NCBI GenBank assembly: GCA_003344405.1
Contig: NOWV01000031.1
Coordinates: 434,001-498,000 of the forward strand
DNA from: Trichoplax sp. H2
Taxonomy: Eukaryota
DNA: 64,000 nucleotides
Direction of reading: 5' to 3'
The position numbers were made by a program, and so were the translations under genes. The notes below the pieces were generated by a model. That model was not told the origin of the DNA, searched no databases, and was given only the letters and a program-made list of their open reading frames with translations. Position 1 is the stretch's first letter. The number at the start of each line of letters is the position of its first letter. Below, in pieces: positions 12,238 through 25,720 of the stretch.

Positions 12238-15200
12238 TTATTTAGCAATATCTTTTCCAACAAAATTATTTAATTTCTCTCTCATTTCAGCGTTGATTTT
12301 CAATAAGTAATCCATTTGATCAGCCAGTCTTTTCAAACTAAAATAGAATAGCAACGATAATTCAAATCATTGGTTATTGTTCCAAAATAGAATTAATTTA
12401 GCTTGTATATTTAACCCGCGAAGATAGACTAGATTGTTATTTTTTACTTAATACGTAAGTTGACTATATACTACCATTACGATAGAATCTTAAAGATTAG
12501 ATTTTTTGTGTCATTATTACCTTTTTCCTTGATTAGATACAGTTTCTTGCATTTCCAGTGAATTATTCACTGCGGTACAAGAATCTTCAAAATTGGTCTC
12601 ATTTTGGTCGAAATAATTTTGAAACTAAAGAAGATAGAATTTAGAATTTAACCGTATTGGCATTCCTGTTAAATCCTGGCCACAGTGCACACTATATATA
12701 TTAGCATATACAAAATTAATGTCGGCAATTAGCATATTCTTCGCGATTGCCGCCCACATTGCAGTTTCTATCTACCTTCTACTAAAACGTTTATGCATAA
12801 TTCTCTGAAGCGGTAACTAATTAAGTCCTCTATTATCAACTTGTCGAACCCTACATTACCATTAACTGGTGCTACAGTAAATTTTATAATGTACTCGTAT
12901 CTGGAACTCTTAAATGGCAATTATATTTTTTCGATTATTATATAGCTAAATAGTAGGATGAATTGCGATTGCAATGCTTAGTGACAGTAGATTATATCTT
13001 GTAGCGCAAATGCTTCTGTCAATAGACATACGAGGGCAATTCATATTGTGCAGTTCGACTTTCCAGGATTAGGCATGCACAGTATATCTTGTAGACAGAT
13101 ACTGCTAGGTTAACTCGGTAATTTGTCGTTTCAGTTTGTGAGTAAACTGCTGATAATATAAAATTTAGAAACTGCAGGAAAGTACAGCACTTTAGCTTCA
13201 TAGGGCACAACAGGATGCTACTATCATTGCTTTAAGATTATTTAGCGTAAAGGAAAGGTACCTTTAGTCACTGCTAGATTTATAAGATTTAGAAGGGAAG
13301 GGGTAGTTTCCAAATTTTTGTAAGCTAAGATTCGTTTCTGCGTTACTCGGACTACAAAACCGGCCAATGACAATATTAAACTAGCAGGTTAAATATATTG
13401 AAAACTATAATTATTTTATAAGGCAGTTTAAACGATATCAAACTATGTACTACAGACTTATACATAGCCTCACAGTAGCTACAAGCAAAAACCAATACTG
13501 ACTCGAGTGAGTAATCCGAGCTGCTGTTTTTTCTCCTTGCTGATGTATAGCTTTTTTCTTAGCACATAAGGCAGTGTATTTTCGACTTGATCAATGAATT
13601 GAACTTGGATTTTCAGGCGACTAAGAACAGCATTTCTTTCAATTTTATGAATGTCGCCCACGGCTAAACCAACCTACATTGATAACGTAAAATATTCGCT
13701 ACAGTATTCAAAATATTTTTTCCTAAACAACTGTATACATTCGGCTTACCATCAAGTTGATTGCTGCAATAGGCATAACCAATGTGAATGTAATAAGAAA
13801 GATCATCGCGAGAATATTGAAAGGAAATGGTGTTGTTCCTTTATAGACAGTCTCAAAGAAGACCTCGATATAGTCTAATTCTCCGAGCATCATGTCGAAA
13901 ACTTTAAGGAAAGAATACGGTGCGGTACTAAAATAAGTCTATCATGGAGGTCAAAAGAACGAGTTGATTAATCGCATTAAATCAAAATCACTAGAAGCTT
14001 ATTCAGAAAGTTGATTTATTTCTCTTAACCAGGATAACTGTATGTTATAATTTACCTCGTGAGCCAGAATAATATGAAAGCTGAGACCAAACGCAATGAT
14101 AAGAAATGCTAGCACAAATCCGACCTACCGATAATTAAATATTAGATTATAAAATAAACCATTTCACTAAATGTAGAGCACATTTCTGTAGAAGTTATAG
14201 CCTATCCTTAGTAAAAATCAATTTACACTACACTTCTTAGAATCGTTTGTAAATGTACGATCTACATTTAATACGTTACTATACTAACATAAATCAGAAC
14301 TACCAAAAATGAATATATGCAATTTGTATAATTACAATCAATAAAACGTTCAAGACTATGAAATAAGCTATATCACTAATGTAGTGAGCATTTCTATAGA
14401 ACTTTTAGTCTAAGTCCTTAGTACTAATCAATTTATACTACACTACTTAGCATAATTCCATAAATGTATAATCTATACTTGATACTTTATTATTCTAACA
14501 TTAATCCAAACTACCGATAACATGTGTAATTTGCATAGTTACATTTAATGAAATCATCAAGAATATAAAATAAACCATTTTACTAGTGCAGTGCATGTTT
14601 CTATAAACGTTATAGTCTATTNNNNNNNNNNNNNNNNNNNNGATCTACATTTAATACGTTACTATACTAACATAAATCAGAACTACCAAAAATGAATATA
14701 TGCAATTTGTATAATTACAATCAATAAAACTATCAAGACTATGAAATAAGCTATATCACTAATGTAGTGAGCATTTCTATAGAACTTTTAGTCTAAGTCC
14801 TTAGTCCTAATCAATTTATACTACACTACTTAGCATAATTCTATAAATGTATAATCTATACTTGTGTTACGATGCGTAAGCTCGTCCTAATGAAGATTCC
14901 TTTTTAGTTCGTTAGTCGGTTAGATAGTCAACTAGTTTTTTAATTGATATTTAATTGTAAAGACTATAATCTTGGGTGCCAAGATTCCTTCAGTAATAAA
15001 TGATAGTAAATCTCTTACTATCTCGTCTACATCATCTGTGACGCTATAATTATACCATAGTATTCGGTCGTTGGAACTGAATTATTTGGTGATATAGCTA
15101 ATCTCGCCTCTTTAAGTTAGTAAGTGGCGTTCTCCGCAAGGATTGGCGTGTGTAGACTACTTTGTCACTAGTGGTGTGTGACAACTTGATACTTTATTAT

Positions 15201-18200
15201 TCTAACATTAATCCAAACTACCGATAACATGTGTAATTTGCATAGTTACATTTAATGAAATCATCAAGAATATAAAATAAACCATTTTACTAGTGCAGTG
15301 CATGTTTCTATAAACGTTATAGTCTATTCTTAGTACAAAAAAATTCTATTACGCCGTAGCATAAATTATANNNNNNNNNNNNNNNNNNNNACTTGATACT
15401 TTATTATTCTAACATTAATCCAAACTACCGATAACATGTGTAATTTGCATAGTTACATTTAATGAAATCATCAAGAATATAAAATAAACCATTTTACTAG
15501 TGCAGTGCATGTTTCTATAAACGTTATAGTCTATTTTTAGTACAAAAAAAATTCTATTACGCCGTAGCATAAATTATATATGTATTATTTGTATTTAATA
15601 ATGAATTCTACGAAATCTTATTTATATTTTATTTTATTAATACAGTAGAAATACCCAAACATAGAAGTAAACTATCCTTATTGCTCTTTCGCTTCTATAA
15701 TAATTCTTTTCAGCTATCTTATAATATATTATAAAAACGGTCCTTAAGATTCTAACTGGTTAGTTAGATCTGCTAGTTACTCTTTAGGCTCGCTGAATTT
15801 ACTTCTTCTACTTTGCTTATAATATAGCTATAAAATTGCATCTCATGTTAGTTTCGCTAATTACACGACAAGCTTGCACCCTTTACCTATTTTATTTTAC
15901 TATAGTTACTGGACTAGATCTCACTGTTATCAACTCTGCAACCTTATACTGTTTATCTCAAACTCTAGCTCCTAATAAAGACTATTATTTCTCTAATTTA
16001 TCGCCAGTAATTTATTGCTAATACGACATAAGTAAATTCATTTGAAATATCACAATACTGTACTTGATTCATCTGCAGCAGCAATTGCTCTCGGTCGATG
16101 AAGCAGTATCCAGATAATATCGATGCATCATCTATTTAGTAGATTTACCTTAGCAATGGTAAGCAAGACCGATTGAAGCATGGTAACATAGATACCGAAG
16201 GTAGGTAATCTAGTTCGATTAAAATATATCGTTAATATTTCAATCTTGATCGTTATTATTATGATAAAAATACTGCAATAGAACTTTGCTATAATTCTCT
16301 AGGAATATGAAGTTATTATAATTTAAAAGGTGGCAAACACGCATAGCTTCACTTACATTCTGCTATCAATTAATTATTGAGATTTAGCAGTTATAATAAA
16401 AGTAGATTCTACTTTCTAGTTTGGAATACAAAAAATTGACTGCAAATAATATTAATTTAAAATCAGACAAACACTGCTCAATCCCATGCTTATTAAGATG
16501 AATCATGACATTTCCAATACATAAGCAATAACTTTAATGTCCTATCCAGATAGTTCAATATGGCCTACCGTTGAAGATAAACTATTAAATTACACCAGGT
16601 TAGGCAGATATTAATGCTACCCATGGCCCATTCAATGGCGGTAGGCTCAAACCCAGGTTTTACGCAAAACACAATAGCAGAAATATACATAAATAGTTCA
16701 ACGTAATTTGTAGAGGACAGGAAGTAGGAGACTCTCTTTCAAATAAGACATAAAAGTTAATCAGGGTCTGCTTTTCAATATCATTTTATAGCAGCAGAAA
16801 AAATTGGAGATAGGTGTCGGGGATTAAAAAACATCTATACGCTATCAATTATCACATAATCAGCAATTTTTCTAATTCCGTTTTCTTTAGCACAAAAGCT
16901 TATAGCTAAAATTATAAGCAATAAATTAAGTTTCAAAAATACCAGGCGCAAAATTTGGAGAACTTCTGTCATCAAATTAACCATAGCAAAAATAAGGATA
17001 ACCACTTGAGCAATAAAGAGATCTGGCCTTGAAGACTAAAATAGTGATCCAAGATGATTTGGTTAGCTACTGTTAATAATGCAATCCATTCTATATTAAT
17101 TACGCAAATAAATCGATTCTGCTGAAGGCTAAATATCATTGAATATCAATCTAAATGTTGCCTAAAGAATGGACTTACAAAAGTGAAATAAAATGATTTT
17201 TGCGATTTATTTCCGATATTATACTCATAAGGAAAGAGACCAGATAGGTTATGTTCCAATTGACCGGTAGTAGCAATATTACTGAATGGACGCAAAGCGA
17301 CAATATAATAGGTTAGAGCACCCAAAAATAAAAGGTAAAGAATCAGATTGCTAAAATAAAGTGGAACACCAAATGTACGCCTACAGATTTGGATAGAAAA
17401 AAATATTAATAAATCATAAGAAGGCCAGTTCTACGTAAAGATAAAAATTAGAAAAATATCATTCTTAACATATTCGAACTAATTTGTAAAGTTTATCCAT
17501 GAGTCAAACATGAAGACGCAACAGAACAATATCATCTAACTTTACTAAAGCGCTACAGTATGAAAGTGCGATAAGGAATGCCACAGCCACTACAAACCAT
17601 TTAGCATCAAGTAAAGCCTGAGACAATTCATGCAGCAGTAATCCTGTTCTTTTATGTTCAATCATATTCTATTTATCAATAATTGTAAATGAACGTGAGC
17701 TTAAATTAAATGGAAGATTCTAACATCTAAATACCTAATCAACTCCCTTTAAAGTCTCTTAAACAAAATCAGATTTAACCACACTCTTACCATTAATATA
17801 TTACAACGACAATTTTTTGAGAAGCTCTTTCTTAAACGCATTTCTACTAAAGGTCCTGGATCTAATAATGAGTAATCGTAAATAATCTAGAAAAATGAGA
17901 AAAGAAATTACGGAGACATTTAATTTGATACTTAGATCATTTATTGGCTCCAGATGAATCCTCACTTCTCTTCAATTATTGAAAATCGATATAGAATCTT
18001 TATCTATGATTTGGCTAATTTTGTAGCTACAAATCAATTTAGCAATGACGAGTATCACCGTCAGATTAATTCTTTTATAGCTTTTATGATCGTATTATCA
18101 TTCATTCATAAATTTAGATGGCAAAAATTATAAGCGAGAAGTACTTGTTGTCTATGAAACTTCTTGCCACAATATCGAACTACGCTAATCCCATCGGAAT

Positions 18201-21200
18201 ATATACGTATCGCTTTTTATTCTAAAAATCGAATTGGGTAATGTACTAACTCTAAGCTAATGTATTAACCTCACAGCATTATGTATAACACAGTAAAATA
18301 TCGTCGTCGCTACGATAGTTTAGTAATTTTATTTATAAAATTAATTTAGTAGTATAAATTCGCAATCTGTGGATAAGATTTCGGGTCTATGTATATATGT
18401 TACGGCCAAAACCCGAAGTCCGGCCAATACGCGTAATGGCCGGTCATTACGCGTATTGGCCGGAATTTTCGGCCATTACGCATAATGCCCCGGGCATTGT
18501 GCGTAATGGCCGGGCAGTATGCATAATGGCCAATTCAGCCTGGGCATTACTGTATCCGTAATGGCCAAATAATACCGGGCATTACGCGTAATGGCCATCA
18601 CAGCTTGGGCTGTATGCTTAACGATATTTATCTTATATATAATCTTTTACATAGATTTGTCAATATGTGGACAAAATATAAAGATTTTACTAACCTATAT
18701 ATATATAACAAATATTAAAATGTTCAAACCGTTTTATCGATATTTCCCGTTGTACTCCTCGCAATAGACAAGTCCATGACAACCTATCACAAAGACCAAG
18801 GCAAAGATGAAATCGATCATAGAAAGGCCTTAAATTGCCAATAATAATGTAATGCACCTAAATGACAAAAACTTCACCTTTGCAACTGTAGGCAGTTTCT
18901 CAATCAAATTTTGCATGACAGAAAATCCTTTATCGTCAAATCGATTTAAAATCTCTCCGCTCCTAATTAGATAGACCGATAACAGCATTAAACATTAGAA
19001 ATATGAAAGAAAATCAATAAGATTTACTTTGCTCACTAATCATATGACAATTTATCTATCATTCTATGAATTTGATTGATATAGAATTACATTACCTCTT
19101 GTGCTTAACAATTAATAGTGCAGCATCTTCGCATCCACCTTCTATTGCAAGATCTAAACAGGTTTTGTCGTTAAGATTACGTAGCGTAATGTCGCTACCA
19201 CTTTCAAGTAACAATTTAACAACAGCACTTGATCCTTGACTGACTGCTAAATGTAGAGGTGTTTCCTAAGTCGAACCGATATAAAAGGAAATTTATTTAT
19301 TATTGATTGATAAAACAAAGTAACTGATTCAACAACTGTACAATAGTTGTATCCTTGCAATACTAATTAAGATGAAAGATATCGAAGAATAAGCCTGTTT
19401 GCAATATGTAACGTGAAAAATAAAATATTACATATCACAAATATGATATTACAGCTAAATAATCTTCGACGGTAGATAGTATTACCAATCTAGAATTGAT
19501 TCGATTAACATCAGCTCCATTTTTCAGTAGCAATTTTCCTACTTGAGTAAAACACTTTGATGCAGCGTATTCTAAAGGTGTCATATAACTGCCATCTCTG
19601 CAAAGAATTACCATCCAAATTATAGTAAGGTTGGCATCGTAGATAATAGCTAATATACCATGATTTACATGTCACAATGTTACCTTACTGGCTTACTGTT
19701 AGGATATTTTAATAGTACAGTAGCAGCTAATATGAAAAATATCCATATTTGTAGTGCTAGATAAGATAAGTAATGTCTTAACGTGGATATTATTTGCAAT
19801 ACCTTATTACATATTTGATATTGATTATAATAGTGTGTAGATAGTAGTACGATGATTCCAGTTCTAGCTAATGATAGTTGAACTAGATAACACACATGCT
19901 TAGATTAAGATTAAGTGTGAGTAAAAGATTAAAAAATATGTACTGATAGAATAGCTACCAGTATGTAAGGAATATCTCAGTTAGAAATGTCTCTCCTAGT
20001 AAGGTATAAAAATAATACTGTCATTGTTTACAAATAAGATGATTCCTATATAAAAGGGAATATTTGAGAATGCGTTTTGAAAAAGTTGCGGAGATGTCAA
20101 TGATTGCCGATGCTAATAAAAGTTCTATTTTTACGTTTATAGTACTTTACTGTGCATGTTCAACGGTTAGTAAAATGGTGTTTAAGCTAGTACAGTAGTT
20201 ATTGATATTTATTTATAGACTTTTACTGTGCGTTCCCTCGTCGTAGCGTTTTAAATTGTGACACTGCGCGTACGATATTTCAGTAATGCAAAAACTATAC
20301 CACCTACTACTATCTAACAACTATAATCCTAACGCAATTAATAAATCATTTAACTTGCTCACCTTTTCTCCACATTTGCACCATATTTTAAGAGCAATGC
20401 GGTGACATCTATTGAATTATTTATAACAGCAAAATGTAACGGAGTTCTTGATTTTTCTCCCAAGTAATTAACAGACGATAGGGAAGCCTCACATAAATAT
20501 TGAACAATAAGTACATTGCCTTTTCTGTGAAAATAAAAGAGATTAATTCATAATTTTTTCTAATATTAGACTTAGTACTAAGATAGAATTTTGAATTTAG
20601 TGTATAGTATCATTTCTGTATAATAGAAGTAATATCTATCGCATAACATACGGTAATTCGATATACTCTGGAGAACGTCCAAGGGTTAATTATTATATAT
20701 GATTAATTAAAATCATTTTTTACTACGCAATACATTCCTATAGTAATTTAAAGAATATTTACTGCGGTAGTCGCTAAATATGATTAGTTTTACCATTAGT
20801 TTACCTCTATTCGATATCATAATATGATTATTACATTGAAACGATAAAGTAAACTTCTAAACTGATATTGCGAATAATCCTAGGTATAATACTCTATATC
20901 TATACTAGTGAAGATTGCATGTTGTACCAGATAATATATACACCCGAGAATTAGCTCTAGTAATGCCCTACTCAGGATGGTGTTGAGTTAAATTTGGGGG
21001 AATTATGCCAATTTTAAACTATTAAATCAACCAGGAGTAGCCATTCGAACTTACATACAAGCCAGATGAAGGGGTATATTATCATCATCATCTCGACAAT
21101 CCACAATTGCACCATTATTGACTAATGTCTTAGCAATCTAATAAAGTAAATATACGCGTATATTTGCAGTGAGTCTATCGAGAGTTTGTAATTCGGATTT

Positions 21201-24200
21201 CTAATATTACAAAGCTATAGATTTCATTTCAGATATGTTTATCAGATAATAAAAGTTTGATAACCTCATGACTTCCACTCTCAACTGCATAATGCAAAGG
21301 TGTCTTTTCAAAACTATCTGCTGAATTTATAAATTTACCGGCAGATATCTACAAATTTATAAGATAAATTGTTTAACTTATAAATATGTTAGGTGAAAAT
21401 GATACGATCACTTAATCCTTTAGCAAATTGTTCCAAAATTCAGTAGGAAATATATTGATTTATAAACTTACTTGTATTAAATGTTGAATTAATTGAAAGT
21501 GACCATTTTGAACTGCAAGATGGAGACAAGTTCGCTGTATATCATCCACAGAAGAAATATTAGCATTATGTTGGAGTAAATAGTCAGCTACTGCGATATG
21601 GCCTTTTGCTGCAGCGAGCATTAATGGTGTCTTCTTAGTATGATCGACAGAATCAATATCAGAACCCTTTAAAAGTATAAGAAAGGTCACAGTTGATTTG
21701 AAGGAATTATGTTGGATAAGCTATGTTAATGGCCATTCTGCATCTAAATATAGAACGATAAGTAAACTAATCCCTTTTCTTGAATTAAATTAAACGGAAA
21801 ATATTTGTATATTGGCGTACAATCACATTTATATAAGCACAGATGTTTGCTTAAACAGTCATTTGTAACGTTTATATAATACCCAATATTTTTAAAATTT
21901 ACAATCAGTATCTTAAAATATCGTAAAGCAAAGTTTTTTATTCTCGTTTGTAGTAAATATTTTCAGATCAAATGCAATACTAGCTGCTTTCATGAAGAAA
22001 GGCTAAACTGATTATGTGTTACTTACTGAACTTTTAAGTAATTCCATAATAGTCAGATGGCCATATAAACTAGCTAGAAAGAATGGCGTTCGATACTGAT
22101 AATTTCGGATCTTTATTGAAGCCCCTTTATCAACTAGCAATTTCGTAGCCTCATAGTAGCCATTAGCTGCTGTAAAATGCAAGGCGGTCCATCCATCGTT
22201 CTATAATATTATGCCATGATATTAATAAGAACGGTGTTATTGCGGCATCAGGACTCAAATATTGGATAAACCAATATTGGACAGAATAGCAGAATAGTTC
22301 ATAAAGTAATAGGAAGGAAATATTTCATTTTATCAGTTCTCATACTTGTATAGAGTTAATCTTGGTTCCATTCTCTATGCAAATTTTCATAGCCTAGCAT
22401 ACAAACAGAACGTAGAGATCGGTGAATGAATTCGTGAAGTATTCTCTCATTCTCTCATTCTCAGACGATGTACAGTGTAGAGCAGATACGTAACAGATAT
22501 ATATCATACATTTTAAGCAATATTGATCATCAAATAATTTAATATAGAGTGGGTAAATATCAGATTTTGTAATCTCTTTTTTTAGGTACGAGTATCGGCT
22601 TTCCTGCTGTCACCTTAATATGACCACCTTGGGCCGCTCGATGAAATGGTAATTGTTTTTCATTATCTTTGCAGTTAAGAAGATCAGTAGCAGATAATCC
22701 ATAGCTAGATGAAAATTCCAAGAAAAATTGAATAATTTGAACGTGGCCTTTGGATGCCGCACTATGGATTGGGGTACTGCCATCAATTGCAGAGGCTAGC
22801 AAGTTACTTTTATGCTTCAGCTGTAAGAACGAATAGCATAATATCAATATTTACTTGATTAGCTTTGTGCTACAGCAAGAGAGTACAATTTACAGTATAT
22901 AACTAAATCAATACGAGGAATACTGCTATTTAAATTTAAATTTATGCTTTTTCATTACTAATTCATTTCACTAGCATCACGGTATATACGACTAAATTCA
23001 AATAGAAATCTGAACTGCTATGTTGAATGAAAATGAGTTATTTATCAATGCTATGATCAAGTTAAATAACTTACAAGATATTGACAGACTTCGAGTCTTC
23101 CTCTCGTAGCCGCTCGATGTAATGCAGTATTCAAATCATCATCCACAGCGTTGATATCGATTAAGTTGTACTCAGCTATGTACTAGTGTCAATTACATAG
23201 TTTAGGCAAATATGATCAATCTTTCAATATTTCAGAAACGATTCGTCATGATATCAAAATTAAATTATTTAAAATGCAGCCGCGATGGAAATAGTAATGG
23301 TACAAGTACGAGTAAATAACCTTTCGTCAAACTCGGAACTGAATTATTACTGACATTACAAATCTTTAAATGACCTAATTTGCTAGCTTCATGAAGCAGA
23401 GTATCACCTTGATCATCGACTAATTTAGATTCAGCACCAGCCTCATGCAAGATTTTAAAACTAGCTAAGCTGTTATGTTTAGCAGCCGTAAATAATGGGG
23501 TATTGCCATCATAGCCACGAATGTTTACATCTAGTGGCAACACAACACAAATACAAAGTGATCTTCTTCATTTACAAAGACTGCACAGCTTAGAAATTGA
23601 AACTATCCCACACGAAATCCTAATATATTTAATCGTTATTCCTACTCATCTAACAGTTTATACGTATGAACCGTAGGGGATTTAGATTAAAGAGAATAGG
23701 ATAAAGTAAACTTATATACCTGCACCGTAAGAGATTAATGTTTCGACTAAATCGGTCCGATTACCCCGCACTGCATAATGCAAAGGAGCCATCTGATGTT
23801 CGTCTAGATTATTGCAAGCAATTTTTTCATCTTGATGCGAAGTGAAATAAGTTTCTACTGATGCGACATTACCAAGCTTTGCTGCCTAAACATAGCAATA
23901 TCATTCCTTCATTAGGAATAAAATGTAACCTATATTGACGACAGCTGGTAAAAATTGAAATAATATATTGGAAACGAAATTACGATGTTTATAAGCACAT
24001 TGTAAGGCTTTGATTTATACTGACTACTAAATAGTATACACCAAGTTTATCCGAACTGAGTTGCAATACTACTGGTACGCTTAGATAAATGATCATTTAT
24101 ACTAGTGTGTACTTACCCAAAAGAGATCTTTTAAACATTCTGATTTTGAGTGCTTTTTGCTATCAGCTTGATTCTAAGCAATACATTATAAAAAAGAAGT

Positions 24201-24616
24201 TGCTCTAAAAGAAAATTTATATTGTTCAAACCATTCTTAACATTTATACTTATTAGATACGATACTATTGGCAAAACACACTCATTTTGATGGTCCTATT
24301 TTTCTATAAAAGGACCAATTCTATTCAACGTTAAGCTACCATTGTACTCAGCTAAACAAGATTTTCGCCTCATTTAATAGCAGTTTTATATTACAAATCT
24401 CGTCATCGCTAATTTCATAATTTAAAGCTAACGAGAAAGTATAACTCAAGTTATAATTTTTTGCACGTCTACAGTAGTACTTCTGCATAGGTAATTTCTT
24501 TAGTGTGCTTATAATGTACGTATTCAAGTAAAACATTTTTGACGACATTAATGGTGCAAAAAAAATAGCCCTAATTACGACTGATTAATTTTAATATATT
24601 TTACCATATCTTTCAT
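12238..24616 (-). CDS. TRPA1: TRPA1-like channel, copy 2 (27 coding exons, frame open)
   Basis: Every exon is homologous to copies 1 and 3 with the same phases, e.g. 17791-17886, 17179-17380 (S1), pore exon 13750-13938 (FDMMLGELDY), VGLAVGDIHKIERNAVLSRLKIQV, and last exon 12238-12337 ending GKDIAK*. First in-frame ATG is at 24616; the position of the paralogs' start is CTG at 24667. Confidence 0.9.
14150..14621. repeat. Degenerate tandem repeat, unit about 208 bp, in intron 22 of copy 2
   Basis: Units start at about 14150, 14360 and 14568, each beginning AAATAA(A/G)C and followed by a TTTCT(G/A)TA motif. Confidence 0.65.
14260..15570. repeat. Near-identical segments separated by 20-N gaps (probable uncollapsed haplotypes)
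   Basis: 14642-14864 repeats about 14260-14481 with a few SNPs, and 15391-15570 repeats 15184-15370. Gaps at 14622-14641 and 15371-15390. Confidence 0.8.
14865..15183 (+). mobile_element. Solo-LTR-like insertion, 319 bp, 5-bp TSD ACTTG
   Basis: Begins TGTTAC and ends GTGACA, flanked by ACTTG at 14860-14864 and 15184-15188. The empty site with a single ACTTG is present at about 14477. Internal AATAAA at about 14995. Confidence 0.85.
18401..18614. mobile_element. GC-rich palindrome-array insertion (MITE/foldback-like) in intron 16 of copy 2
   Basis: Alternating GGCCATTACGCG / CGCGTAATGGCC-like units and a near-perfect 46-bp palindrome at 18419-18464. Imperfect terminal inverted ends TACGGCCAAA...TTGGGCTGTA. 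Absent from paralogous introns; the insert may extend about 18390-18706 between (TA)n runs. Confidence 0.6.
19670..20263 (+). mobile_element. Solo-LTR-like element (about 590 bp) in intron 12 of copy 2
   Basis: Termini TGTCACAAT...ATTGTGACA, TATATAAAAG at about 20047 followed by AATAAA at about 20115. Absent from the homologous intron of copies 1 and 3. Homologous over its length to 26823-27372 in inverted orientation. TSD not clean. Confidence 0.75.
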
Positions 24617-25388
24617 ATCACTCTCAAGAGGCCGATGAACAGTTGACGGTTTGTCAAGCCTAAGCAGGATGTTAATTCTAATTTCAAGGTCAGATACAAT
24701 ATCTTGAAAAGGTTTGGCCAATAGTTTTCTCAATTCTTGAATTGTATAGCGTGTTCGAATTCACGTCTAGTTCTGTCTAGAGTCGGCGAAACTTGTTACG
24801 AAGGAAGAAAAATCGAATCCAAATAATATTTCGTTTTATTTGACTCAATTTCACTTTGAGTATTTTTTTTAGAGCTTCTAACTACAGTTATAATAACAAA
24901 TATCAAGCCAATATTTTAAAATAGTCCTACTATTTTTTTGCTGTGCATAAATGATTGAATTGAGCGAAAAACTAGGTTAACAACTAGCAGATAAAGGTAT
25001 CCTGTTTGGGTACTCTTATAAGAGATTGGTACGAACGGTATAGATTACAAGCATACAATATCAAATAATCTCAAAAAATGTATGGAAAAGGTCAGCAGTC
25101 ATTCGCATAATAATATCTCATCATTTTAAGGTCAAAGATGTCAATACAATTACTTGGCAATCTTACAACATGATTTAGTAATTAGCTTTCATTATAATTA
25201 TTATCGATCAAGCTGGCTAAACAATGAAATTTTTAAGAAAGGAAACAATTGATAAAGTATATAAGCGGTCGATGGAGATATGATTTTCTACGCTACAAGC
25301 AGAGATATGATCACAATTTTAAACGCTGATTGCTTTATTACGATAGAGGATGTTCCATCAATCTCATTAGCATTAAATTTTAACTTAG

Positions 25389-25720
25389 TTTATATTGTAG
25401 CATTACAGTAAAATTCAACGTATTTCAATTAAATCTATCGGTAATATAAAATACTATCGTATCTATTTCTAAAGCAAATAAAAGTTTATATCGCAACATT
25501 ATAGAAAGATTCAATAAGCTTCAATTAAAATTATCCGTAACTTAAACACTATCAAATCTGTTTCTGTAAAGTAAATAAAAGTTTCTATCGCAGTACTATA
25601 ACGAGACTCAACGTGTTATAATTAAAATGAATCAGTATTTTAAAATATGATCAAATCTATTCCTATGAAACAAATATAATATTTCTATAGTTAATGATGC
25701 TATAACGGACTTTAAAGTAT
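25389..25720. repeat. Degenerate tandem repeat, unit about 97 bp, about 3.3 copies
   Basis: Recurring motifs such as AAATAAAAGTTT(A/C)TATCGCA, AATTAAA and ATCAAATCT, upstream of copy 2. Confidence 0.65.

Noticed and set aside
14150..15570. Repeat-spacer-like appearance suggesting a CRISPR array
   Set aside because: Eukaryotic intron; long degenerate units plus allelic duplication, no constant short repeat with unique spacers and no cas genes.
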